Assembly: GCF_018977255.1 (NCBI RefSeq)
Contig: NW_024704743.1
Coordinates: forward strand, 36,892,001-36,956,000
Length of the DNA stretch: 64,000 nucleotides
Source of the DNA: Callorhinchus milii
Taxonomy: Eukaryota
Direction: 5' to 3'
Shown piece by piece: positions 14,001 through 25,999 of this stretch (within the stretch, counting starts at the first letter, position 1; each line of letters begins with the position of its first letter). The notes beneath the pieces are model-generated. The model worked only from the letters and a program-made list of their open reading frames with translations, made no database searches and had not been told where the DNA came from. The position numbers were made by a program, and so were the translations under genes.

Positions 14001-14128
14001 AAATACTGTATTAACTAAGGTTAAGGTTGTCTCCTATTAGCACAGTGGCAGAATGTTGAAGCACTGAATATTTGAATTGGTGCCAGTGGAATTGCAATGC
14101 AGAATGCTGGCTTATTGATGGTGCACAA

Positions 14129-14903
14129 GGAGACATCCAGCTTAGTCATGAGCCATCCTGCCCATTCATTGGAAAATTCCACTCTTGTGTGTGGTTTTGT
14201 GGTGCTGTGTTATCCCACTTGTCACTATGAGCAGGACAGTTGTGGGGTGACCTCCCAGCATGAGCTTAAAAGTGACTTCCCCAGTATAGCTCAGTTGATA
14301 ACAGTGTAGCAGTGTTGCCGTGTGTAGCAGTAGGCAATACACATTCATGGGAGGTCACAGGCTGAATGCCAATGCACTTTGAGTGTCGTCTTACCCTGTG
14401 TACTGCTCATGGTGTATTGTGTACAATGGGTGTGTGTACCAATGTTACTGTGTGCTAAAAGATAGACAAAGGTAGTTATTGAGAGGTTACTCGGTGGGGT
14501 AGTGTTAGGATTAGATTGAAAAGCTTTGCTGGATGTGTGCTCATTGGGATGGCAATCCACTCCAACAAAAAGGTTGGCCACTGGCACACTGTGACATACC
14601 TTTACCAACATCAGTCCTGTTCAACTGCCCACTGGTCTGCCTGACTTCAGACAAACAAAGAAGCTATCTATGTAAAAATGTCTAGCTGCTGGCTCAGGCC
14701 TTGGATTTGTGCCTTTGATGCCCAGGGACTTTACCAACTGAGCTATACTGGGGAAGCCACTTTTAAGCTTATGCTGGGAGGTCATCCCGCAAACATCCTG
14801 TTTATAGCTACAAGTGGGATAGCACAGCACCACAAAACCACACACAAGGGAGGAATTTTCCAATGAGTGGGTAAGAGGGCTCATGACTAAGCTGGGTATC
14901 TCC
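14129..14903. repeat. Inverted repeat, ~170-bp arms (14129-14300, 14731-14903) with ~430-bp spacer
   Basis: Arms are clearly reverse-complementary; the ORF track shows near-identical peptides on opposite strands (14097+ and 14905-). Confidence 0.93.
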
Positions 14904-15099
14904 ATTGCTCAATCTCAGCCTCAAAGCTCCCACCTCAATGAGGGTAGCAGCAGCAGTAATGAGAGATTGTCCCTCGTTGACTTTGTCTGCTGCTTCAGAG
15001 GACTGCGTGTACCTGCCGCTAATGTTATTGATTTTCAGTGGGATTAATTGCATTAGGAGGACAATCACATCTGCATATCCTTATGTTACATAAGTGAAT

Positions 15100-16720
15100 C
15101 CAGCTTGACTACGCCAACTGCTGCTCGCTGGACTTCCCAACTCTTCCCTCCACAAGCTGCAGATTATTCAAAACTCTACGGCTTGTGTCCTCTCCCGCAA
15201 CAGGCTCCATGAACCAATCACCCCCATTCTTGCCCAGCTTCTCTGGCTCCCCATCCCTCAGAGAATTGAGTTCAAAACCCTCATTCTCACCTTCAAAGCC
15301 CTCCACGGTCTTGCTCCCCCCTCTTAACCCCATATCAGCCTGTCCACTCCCTCTGCTCGGTGGACACTTGCCTGCTTCAAGTCCCCCACACTTCCCGCCC
15401 CACCATTGGTGGACAGGCATTCAGCATCTCTGCCCCCACACTCTGGAACTCTATCCCACAATCCCTCCACCTCACCCCTTCTTTTGCCTCCTTCAAGTCC
15501 TGTCCAAAGATCTTCCTCTTCGACCGTGCCTTCGGTCAACCTCACACCCTCACACCCCTGCCCTCCACCCCTTCTGACCCCAACTTCCAACTTGGGTGCA
15601 AAAAACCCCTGAATGTCCAGCGCCATGGGATGTCTTTCCGATGTGAAGGACGTTATACAAGCATAATTTGTTGTTGTTTTGTTGTGGACACAAAATATAC
15701 AGTAATTCACTTTACAGTGGATTCTGTGAAGAGCTTTGAGACTCTCAAAGATGTGATAAGGCACTATATCAAATGCAAAGATTATTATCATTATTAAAAT
15801 TGTTTTTGTACTGCCACTGTTCTGATGCGTTCAGCACACCTGGAATTGCCCATCTTTAGACTAACAATACCTATCATTGAAATTAATTAACCCAATTATC
15901 AATGCTGCTCTTATGAGCGAAGCTGTTCTCCTGATGCATTCCTCACGCTTTGTTTAATTGGACCTCATGTTCACATGTGTTAATTAATTTAGTCACGATT
16001 AGATTATCTAAGTTTACTGACATATGTTACTCAAAACCAACGTTGAGGGGATCCGCTCAGCTACCTTTGCCCTTCAGAATAGTACCCCTCCCCATCTCCC
16101 CTTCACACCCCAGCCCCTACCCATCCCTACCGCAGGCTTCATACAGTGTTCATAACATCCAGGCTCGACTACGCAAACTCCCTGCTTGTCGACCTCCCCA
16201 ACTCCTCCCTCCGTAGGTTGCAAATCATCTAGAATTCTGCAGCCCATGTCTTCTCCCACACCAGGCTCCACGACCCTATCACGCCCATCCTCACCGGACT
16301 ACACTGGCTTCCCATCACACAGAGGATACAGTTCAAGATCCTAGTCCTCACTTTCAAAGACCTCCATGTCTTTGCTCACTCTCCTAACCCCCTACCAACC
16401 TGCCCCCTCCGCTCAGCGGGCTCCGGCCTGCTTCACGTCCCTGCCTCGCCCGCCCCACCATTGGCAGGCATGCCTTCTACCACTCTGCCACCACTCTCTG
16501 GAACTCCATCCCACAGTCCCTCTGCCTCGTCCCCTCCCTTGCCTCCTTCAAGACCCATCTCAAGATCCTCTTCTTCGACAGTGCCTTCAGCCACCCTCCT
16601 TCCCCCCCTGTCCTCCACCCTCCAGAGACCCAGCTCAGGTCCGAAACACTGATTATCCAGCACCTTGGGACGTCCTCCTAACTTGAAAGGCGCTATACAA
16701 ATGTCATTTTGTTGTTTTTT
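15100..16720 (+). mobile_element. Two L2 3' fragments (~15100-15680, ~16110-16720) with a SINE tail between
   Basis: [26 protein letters not shown] homology and (GTT)n tails. Confidence 0.85.
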
Positions 16721-17287
16721 GTATGTCATGCAAACACCTGATGGGACTCAAGGTGGGAAGACTCACAGTTCACACTTAAGCAATTGAATCAGCATACAGT
16801 CGATTCACTTTACAGTATATGCTGTGAAGCGCTTTGAGATACCTCAAAGACGTGATAAGGCGCTATATCAAATGCAAGGATTATTATTATTAATAGATCA
16901 TTTGATAGCATCCTTGCCTCTAAATCAGAAGATTGTGAGCTCAAAGACTCGGCTGACACTCCAATGTGGTGCTTGCTGTATTGTTCAAAGTACTCTTCTT
17001 TAAGACACTAAATTGAGATCCAGTCTACCTGTTCAGGTGGACATTAATGTATTCAACAACAGAAGAGAGTTTTTCCTGTTGTTTTGGACAACAATCTTGC
17101 AGATTGGTAATTTCATTTCATGGCTATTTGTGGGATTTGTGCTCAAATTGGCTGCTGTGTTTACCTACAAATATTGTAGTAAATAAAGTCACAATGTTTA
17201 ATAATGACATTGAAATATTTGATGACATGGTAAGGTGCTGTATGAAATGTAAAGATTATTATTTATTGGAAACTCCTCACCCAGCTG

Positions 17288-17523
17288 TAGCTACAAATGC
17301 TACATTTGCAGTGGTTGCAAGTTCCCAGCATGCAGAGTTGTATAAACCACGTATAGATCAATATAAAGGTGTGCACTCTCATTTATTTTGGTTACAGGTC
17401 ATTTCCTGCTGCTGAACTGTAACAAAAATAAATTACAGAGTCCACACCTTTATACTGATCTATATATGGTTTATATAACTCTATACTTGCTGTAAACTTG
17501 CAACCACTGCAAACTTGTAGCTA
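17288..17523. repeat. Long imperfect palindrome (~110-bp arms)
   Basis: tttgcagtggttgcaagtt / aacttgcaaccactgcaaa, tataaaggtgtg / cacacctttata, atttattttggttacag / ctgtaacaaaaataaat. Confidence 0.92.
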
Positions 17524-17599
17524 TGGTGCAAATAGTGCCTATCAATCTGATAGCTGTTAAGGATCCTAATTCAAATTAATTTGATCTCAACCCAGTTAA

Positions 17600-18238
17600 C
17601 TTTCTTCCAGCTCCGACACATCACCCGTCTCCGCAAATGCCTCTCTCCGAAGGCTGCTGAAATCCTAGTCCATGCCTTTGTCACCTCTAGGCTGGACTAC
17701 TCTAACACCCTCCCCACTGGTCTCCCATCCACCATCATCCATAAAATTCAAATCATCCAAAACTCTGCCACCCACATTCTCACCCGCACCAAACTATGTT
17801 CCCCGATCACCCTAGTCCTTGCCAGACTGCACTGGCTGCCTATCCAAGAGAGGATCGATTTCAAGATCTTCACCCTTGTATTCAAATCCCTCCAATCCTC
17901 TGCACCCCCCTACCTCTCTGACCTCCTCTCTCCTCAAAACAGTGCCTGTTGCCTTTGTTCCTCCAGGTGTGGCCTCCTCCTCATCCCCCGAGTCCTCCGC
18001 TCCACCCTCGGCGGCCATGCCTTCAGCCACTATGCCCCGAGGCTCTGGAATTCTCTTCCTCACTTCCTTCGCCTCGCCCCCTCTCTTCCTAATTTCGGGT
18101 CCCTACTGAAGAACTTTCTTTTTGACCGCGCCTTTGGTCACCTTCCTCCCCCTGGCTTGGCCCCGGGATTCATAGCTGTGAAGTGCTCTGAGACGTCGTC
18201 CGGCGTGAAGGGCGCTATATAAATCCAAGTTGTTGTTA
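17600..18238 (+). mobile_element. L2 ORF2 C-terminal fragment of a second subfamily, frame still open
   Basis: ORF 17581-18222 (AAEILVHAFVTSRLDYSN...LHWLPIQERIDFKI...APRLWNSLP). Tail gtgaagggcgctatataaatccaagttgttg. Related copy at ~48370-48830 (-). Confidence 0.88.
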
Positions 18239-19545
18239 ACTCAGGACAAAACAGACCATCATTTGGCACTAATTGGACCCTCTGATTTAAAGTTAATTAG
18301 ATCAGATGATATGGGGGATGGGAATGTCACATGTTTGCAGTAAGGAATTTACTGCTTAGTTGGGATTAATACACGCTAAACTGCTTCAGATCTGTCATAT
18401 CACACATTTTCTTGCTCCCATCACAGCAAACTGCCAAGATTTTGTGCCAAACCACTGGCATGGAGAGCTTGTGAACATCAAGACACTTCCTGGCACTGGA
18501 GAGGTGGATATTGGCCTTCAGCCAAAGTAACTTGAGCCTCTTTTATTCCTTTTAGTCTGTAGCTTCTAAAAATTCCAGTGCCCCTCGTCACCGTTCCATT
18601 TAATATTTTACCACCCTGCTCCACCACCTCAAATTACCTCCTAATCTGTCTTTCTCGTCTACACTCTATTATGTTTTTTTTACATTATTTTTTAAAGTCA
18701 TTGCTGTTGGCATAGTCTCTTACCTGGCCTCAAACCAGCCTCCTCTCTAATTGCCATTGCTCCCTGTGCTTTTCAATGAAGGATACAGTGGCCTGTGCCC
18801 CACATATTAACTTCATAACAGAGTGATTTTAGTGGACTAAAGATTATAGTACAGATAGTCAGCAGCCATTTGCAGTTTGAATACGGCTAGGAGATTTGCA
18901 TTGAAGCAGTAAAAGTATTGTGGGAAAATATCTTTGGAATGAGCTGTCCAGTATCAGAGATTTCAATTGCATGACTAACATAGTTGCAATTCGATAATGA
19001 AACCTTTTATGCGATATTATTCAGGTTAAGTAACAGTTGATGCTCACTTGATAAAGGTCAGTAATTGTATCACAAATGCAGCTCTGTCACTCACCTATGC
19101 GTCATCATACTTTATTGACGTGAAGCTCGTTGGCTACAGCGGTTTGCCGTGACAGATAGTGTTAATGCTGGCACAAAGGATCTGCAGCTGATTAAAGTCA
19201 CCTCTGTAGACCTTGTATTATTATTTTTTTTGGTAGACCAGGTGTCTGACACACGCGGAAATCTATTACCATGCTTAAGTGTATTATTAACCAGCGCAAA
19301 ATTCAATCTGAATGGTTCAGGACACAATCTAAGGTCTGTGGGCAGCAGATGACTTTAATAAACCAGTCTAGTTTCACTCTGGTGACTCATAATGTCACTC
19401 GTGCTTTGATTACTGCCTTCTAAGGATTTCCTGGTATCAATTATTTCATCCATAAACCCCTGAACCCCTTGATTAAATTACTGCCTTGTAATCACCTATT
19501 GTTCCCTAAACATCTGTCTAAGTGTACCACTAATCATTCCCTTAA

Positions 19546-20140
19546 TCAGCTCTTATAAAGTTTGCGAACATTTTCTGACCCAATACTTGCCGAACAATAC
19601 AGGAGTGAATCACACATAATACACACACACAGGGTTGAAGAGCTAATGGATGTGGATAGGAACTTCTGAAAGAATCTCTGATTTCCTGGTGCCTCAGGGC
19701 AGGTTCTGTGATTATAGGTGTGGGTGGAGGTGATCCTGTATCTATTGTTAGTTTCTGTGCAGCTGCAGAGATGTCTAAGGCAAAGCTGCTTCACTGGAAA
19801 GATGAACTGATAGCACAAAGCCTCTTTAGAATGACTTCCTGAACTCTATTCCCAACATCCATTTTCAGCAAACTGGGTGCCAAACCAAAGAAAAATAATT
19901 GGTCGGGAGATTCATCAATGCACTTAACCCTTTGCATACAGAATATCCTTTCCAAACACCTTTGTACGCTTACCATATATTTGGAGGGGTCAACCAGGTG
20001 TAGAAACCCATCATCCTGCATGAGTATCCAACCCAGATAAAGTTCCACATACATTGGAAATTTCAGTTTGTCTAGAATGGAACACAGTACACACTTTCTC
20101 CCTATAGACATGCATCCTGCTTTCCTAGTCACCTGCTTAC
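19546..20140 (-). mobile_element. Decayed RTE-X-like non-LTR retrotransposon ORF2 C-terminus
   Basis: LKFPMYVELYLGWI, FGLAPSLLKMDVGNR..VILKRLCAI, RYRITSTH and CIMC...RKLY line up with remembered RTE-X motifs (ELGRYPLYI, GFG.VW..Q.VGN, KQRL.D, RFRISSH, CCHC). Confidence 0.5.
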
Positions 20141-22714
20141 TGCCGGAGTTTAACCAGCTAAAACCGATTATCATTGAGAGAATTGTCTGGCAAACTTCCT
20201 GCTGCTTGTCTAGCGAGAACCACCAATTAAGGATTTGCAGGAGCTGAATGAGAAAAATCCCTGCCTTCCAACAAACAAAACATTGCACTTATATAGCGCC
20301 TTTCACATTGGGAGGATTTCCCAAGGCCTTGGATAATGAGGGCTTTGCACCTGAGCTGGGGGTTGGGATCAGAGAGGGTTGGAGGGCAAGGGAAGGGGGG
20401 AGGGTTCTATATACTCCAGCATCTGGTTTGTACCTCCAAAATCTACCAATGAGACAGGTTGTCATTAGCAGTACCCTGGAATACTGTGGACCTGCTTGGC
20501 TCAGGATTCAGACTACCAAGACCATACAGAGGGTTGACTCAAATTTGATATTCCATTGCCAAGCACATCACCTTGGAGCCAACTCAGCTCCAAGGAGCTT
20601 CGTCTTACCTCCCCTCTCTCCAATGAGAATAATCATGATCTGATCAGACAGACTTTTTCTATCAGTTAGTCATGAAGTGATGGCATTTCACTTTTACTTT
20701 TTTTTACTTTTGCACTTTTGGAAATTTGCAGTTCCCAACCATTTTGCCAATGTAACAAATGTGACCACAATATAATGCTGTGTAAATATGCACTGTTAAA
20801 ATCCAGCACCACCGGTAGGAAAAATACTTATTTAAAGGAACACAGGAGGAAGGGATTCTTCCCACTTGGTTCCTGTTGTTGACCCTGCAAACCAAAGCCC
20901 GAATGGGGAGAATGTTATCAAGGAAGTTGGATCTAGACCCTGATGTTTGCTCAGCTCTATCCTAATCCCTTCTTATAAAGCACTGAAGAAAACCAGAATT
21001 AAATTAGAGCAACAACAATTTGCATTTATATAGCGCTCTCATGTGGCCAGTACCTCAGAATGCTTAACAGTGGCAGTCTGAGATATTACCCACGCGAAGA
21101 ATGCCATATAAGCACAAGTTTAACTAAATTAACTAAGTTAATAATTAAATTAAGACAGGATTTTCCAAAGTTTTGCACAATCTTAAATTTTAAGGCAATG
21201 GGCGCCCTCTCAATGTGAAAATTGCAACACCAAATGTAAGGATTATTATTATTATCAGTGTCTCCATTTATTTTATGGTGAGCACCACTATTTTCCAACA
21301 GAATTTATATTTTGAGGCAAGGCCAGAAGATAGGAATGAGGCTGGCCTGGTGATTGCACTGTTCCCAACACTGAGCATCAAATTACTGGGAAGAATTTTT
21401 GAAATTTCTGGGATGTTAAGTATTTTTCCGTGCATTCTTTTGAGCTAACCTTCCTCCATGCAGCTAGACATTGACGTGGAATAGACCAGCTCCCATGCAG
21501 GGTCTTACTTCTCATCCAATAATGTTTGACCTAATTTTCTTTCTCAGGCTTAATGGGGTGTATTAGTATTAACTGATGTGTGGTTAACAATAAATGAATA
21601 AAGGTCTGAGATTTTTCCTGAGGCTCTTTTCACAATGTGTAGGAAACTTTCCACCATGGAAACTGGTCAGAAGATTTTAGCAAGGTTATTGAAGGATAAA
21701 ACAAAATATGTTACAGTGTAGGGTTGGGGGAGTGCTGCTGTCAGAGCTGCCATCATTCAAATGAGACGTTAACCTAAGGTCCCTTCTGTCTATTCAGGTG
21801 GATTGTAAAGATCCCATGGGACTCCAAAAGAAGAAAGAATTTCTCACAATGACCTTACAAAACTAATCCCCAGATTGAAAATAATTGGTCATTTACTTCA
21901 TGCGTGGGACATTGCTGTACACAGTTTGGCTGTTACATTTACCTATAAGTACACAGTCACTACACTTTACAGAAAACTCCATAAAGTACTTTCAGACGCT
22001 CCAACACAATGGGCCACTATATTTCAGGTAACTGCTATATCAAATGCAACAATTCTTTTTTCAATCATGAACACTAATAGAGCAATAAAAGCCAGCTCCA
22101 GATTTTGTCCCAAGGATAGAGAAGAAGAGATTTGCAGCTTGTGGAATGAATCTCCAGTCAGACTAAATTGCAGTGTCTTCTTAATGATAGCTTCTTGAGA
22201 ATTGACTCATCCTGTTTATCTGACCTCAGTCTCTTTGAACTGAGCTCCAGCTGGGACCCTCTGTGTATTTATTGCTCCTTCACCACGTTTTCTAATATAT
22301 TTTCCTACGTGTTCATTCCGGGGGTGTTATTTTCTATATCTCAGGATATGAAATACTCTCCTCGAGATCTTGACTTGATTGATATCTTCCTGCTGAAGTG
22401 ATCCATCAAATCAGGAGATAACCTTTAATTCAAGCTCCCTGATTGTTGAACACTAAACTACAAAGTACTGTATCATGCTTCCCCTGCAATTTTTGTCGGT
22501 CTGTTCGTGGGACATTGCTGTGCAAAGATTGGGAGCCGCATTAGTTTACTAAATAAGCAGTCTTTACACACTGTAGTCAATTCCTCTGAAGCGCTTTGAG
22601 ACATTTCGACAATGTGATAAAGCTCTATAGTATAATAATAATCCTTGCATTTGATATAGTGCCTTATAGCGCCTTGAGACACCTCAAAGCATTTCACAGA
22701 ATATATTGTAAAGT

Positions 22715-23232
22715 GAATCCAAAAGTCCACAGCTCGTGTACTGTTGCGCACCAGGCTCCGTGACCCCATCACTTCCACCCTCGCCCGACTCCACTGGCTC
22801 CACATCCCCCAGAGGATCGAGTTCAAGATCCTCATCTTCATTTTCAAGGCCATCCATGGCCTTGCCCCCTCTTACCTCTCTGACCTGCTGACTCCCCACC
22901 AACCTGCCCGTTCCCTCCGTTCAACGGACTCCGGTCTGCTCCATGTCTCCCGCCCGACCCACCATCGGTGGCTTTCAGCCTTTCTGCCCCCTAACTCTGG
23001 AACTCCATCCCACAGTCCCTTCACCTCGCTTCCTCCCTTGCCTCCTTCAAGTCCGGTCTCAAGACCCTTCTCTTCGACCGTGCCTTTGGTCGCCCTCCCA
23101 CCTCTCTGCCTTCCCTCACCCCTACACCATCCCTCCCCCATGCTCGGGTCCCGACCCCTGACTGTTCAGTGCTTTGGGACATCCTCCCGACGTGAAAGGC
23201 GCTCTATAAATATAATTTTGTTGTTGTTGTTG
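22715..23232 (+). mobile_element. L2 3' fragment
   Basis: TRLRDPITSTLARLHWLHIPQRIEFKILI; (GTT)n tail. Confidence 0.88.
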
Positions 23233-24799
23233 ACTGTATCTTTTGTGGGCGATATTGATACAGAAGCCATGATTATGAATTTATTTTCAGTTGAATGTAC
23301 AGTAGTGGCTAATCAGTCTCAGGTCAGGTGTACTGCACAACACAACTTCACATTAACCCCCCTCCAAAACATCACCCCAAATTACTCTGGAATTAGATTA
23401 GATTAGGAATTGCAAACATGGGGCTTGAAGACACAACCTCCTACTGGGGAGGGCAGGGTGAATCCTACCTACCAAGTGAGCCAAGCTGATGCTTAAGGGT
23501 TAGAACCCAAACTGATTTTATCCTCCTGTCTGGAGATACTGAGGCCAGATGTAGCACTTACAGCTGCTACAATGATCATAATGTACGACATTTACAAGCC
23601 ATAATACATAAATTGAATTTTAATCAGTATATGTGTATATTAGCCTAAGAAAATTGATCGAAAAATTCATTTAGTGATTTTATCATTCTGATGTCATGCT
23701 TTCAGAAATAGGGTTATTATTTCTTCTGATTTTCACCTCAAGCATGCTATAAATATTAATGCATTAAAATTTAATTCGATGATCTTTTATTTCTTATGCA
23801 GAGCTGACACAGCAAGATTATTGGAGAAGTTTCCAAATAAGCTCATAAAATGTACAGCATTTCATGGTTAAGTGCCCCTTCTGTGGACATCCAGTAAAAA
23901 TAATTAAAGTTGGAGAGTGCGGGTTGTTTTTATCTGATTAAAGCTGTACGTGCTCTTAATCCAAAAGGCAGTTTTGAGAAGAGGTTGCTCGAACTTCTGA
24001 GAAGAATGTTCTCGTTGTATAACATGATAATAGCTAGATCGGCACATTGTTAAACAATTCATATGTTTTCAGGGTCAACCAACATTTGCTTTTCACAAGT
24101 AATTATGACCTCAATTTGGTTCCATTCAATATTGTTAAACTTTGTAGTCATTCAGATTAGCTCAATAGGAACATACGTGATTCACAACCTTTAAATCCCA
24201 TTTGGGGGGAGGAGAGGAGACAAAGAGACAAATGAAAGCTCTCTGTAACTATGTCTTGAAGTCTGACTGTAAACTTCGCAACAGCAAGGCATTAAGAAGC
24301 TCTGACATGTGGAGGCTCTGTCAATGAATCTCTGCCCCTCCGTTTGTGGGACACCGCTGTGCACAATTGGCTGCCACCTTTTGCCCACAAAATACACAGT
24401 AAATCCACTTTACAGTATATTCTGTGAAGCGCTTTGAGTCATTTCAACGATGTGATAAGATGCTATATCAAATGCAAGGATTAATATTATTATTACGCCA
24501 ATTCATTTATTTTACAGTTCCATGCTGGAAATTCCAGCACACAAACCCACATAGAACCATAGAAATTTACTGCACAGAAAAAGGCCATTTTGTCCATTGT
24601 GAGTGTGATGACTCTTTGAAGAGCAATCTTTTTAGTCCCATTTATTTGGCCTTTCGTCACACTCCTGCAGTACACATGAAGAGATGGGAAGAGGGAGCAT
24701 GGGCCACTTATATGTTGGCATCTCACTTCATGTTTGATCATTATGTATGCTGCGTGATGATGTCACCCCTTTGATGAAGTTACTCCATCAGAGAAGAAC

Positions 24800-25037
24800 A
24801 TCTCAGATGGTGGAGTTTGGGGAATTTACAGATGGCCTGACCAATTTCAGGCTTGTTCACAGTTGGCACAGAAGGTTGCCTCATTCATGATACAATTCCT
24901 TGGGAACTTGTGTCTGGTACTTTGTCCAAATGCCCAAGGAACTGTATCATGCATGAGGTAACCTTCTTTGCCAATTGTGAACAAGCCTGAAATTGGTCAG
25001 GTCATCTGTAAATTCCCATAATTGCACCATTTGAGAT
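24800..25037. repeat. Long near-perfect palindrome
   Basis: 85-bp arms (24820-24904 / 24933-25017) with 6 mismatches, extended by atctcagatggtg / caccatttgagat. Confidence 0.95.
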
Positions 25038-25454
25038 CAACTAACAGCACAGACCAGGAATTGCATTTGGGACTTTGGTCCATGTGACTTATATGGACTC
25101 ATCGCTGTCTCAGCTGGAATCAGAAATAAGAGTTTTGATGAAGACAAAATGCAAGATGCTAGTCATTTGGGATTATCGGCATCCAGTGGCCTCAATAATC
25201 TGGTATATCATGAATTCAGTGACAGAGCACTGGAAGATTGGAGATTAAGAGAGTGCAGGTCTGAAATGTCACCAAGTCTCAGCCTGTAAGATCATTTTGT
25301 CTAAAAATCTAAATTCTTAAACTTAGTCTTAATTAGGAAACCGTTTTTTCACAGCTCTGCCAGGTCTCAATATTTGGCATACTATTTACCTTCCGACAGC
25401 TTGAATTGTCTACCACTACCAGCAAAGTTGGGCAATGACTGGCTGGCTGAGCTG

Positions 25455-25650
25455 GGTAGTGGAAATCTGGAATCTCACTCCCAAAAGGCTATGGATGTTG
25501 GATCCATTCAAATTTTCAAGGCTGAGGTGGATAGATTTTTGTTATCAAGGGATACGTGGCAAGGGCAGGTAATTGGAGTTGAGGTACAGATCAGCCATGA
25601 TCTAATAGAATGGCGGAACAGGCTTGAGGGGCTGAATGGCCTATTCAGTG
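25455..25650 (+). mobile_element. CR1 3' end (inverse copy at 42495-42690; other CR1 tails ~12780, 24550, 29170, 35205, 53130)
   Basis: ttttcaaggctgaggtggatagattt...gaggtacagatcagccatgatcta..gaatggcggaacaggcttgaggggctgaatggccta. Confidence 0.8.
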
Positions 25651-25999
25651 TTTGCTTGTGGTGTACATCAACCCCAAGTTAGGCACAACCCAAAACAGTC
25701 GCAGTTCAGTGAATCTGTGAGATGGAATCAGTGCCACATCAAACAATACGTTGTACCCCACAGCCCTGATTGTTTACAAAAGAACATAATACTTTGAAGA
25801 ATTGAATGTTGAGGCAAACCTCATTGGCGTGCATCCCAGACTGGTCTCTTGACTCTTGCTAACTGAAAAGAACAGAAAAAAAGCACAGTTCACAAATGAT
25901 TCAGATTCAGTCCCTAATCCGGGCTGAGATTGATGTAAAATCCTCCACGTAGGCACAGGAAATGTACTGTGAATATGTGCTTAGGAGGCTTGCTTTACG

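Noticed and set aside
17581..18222. 213-aa ORF (and ORFs at 3359, 22744, 33795 etc.) as host genes
   Set aside because: They are L2 ORF2 fragments or alternative/antisense frames of GC-rich L2 sequence.
18255..18285. LF-SINE-like motif accatcatttggcactaattggaccct
   Set aside because: The similarity is too short (~27 bp) and from memory only.
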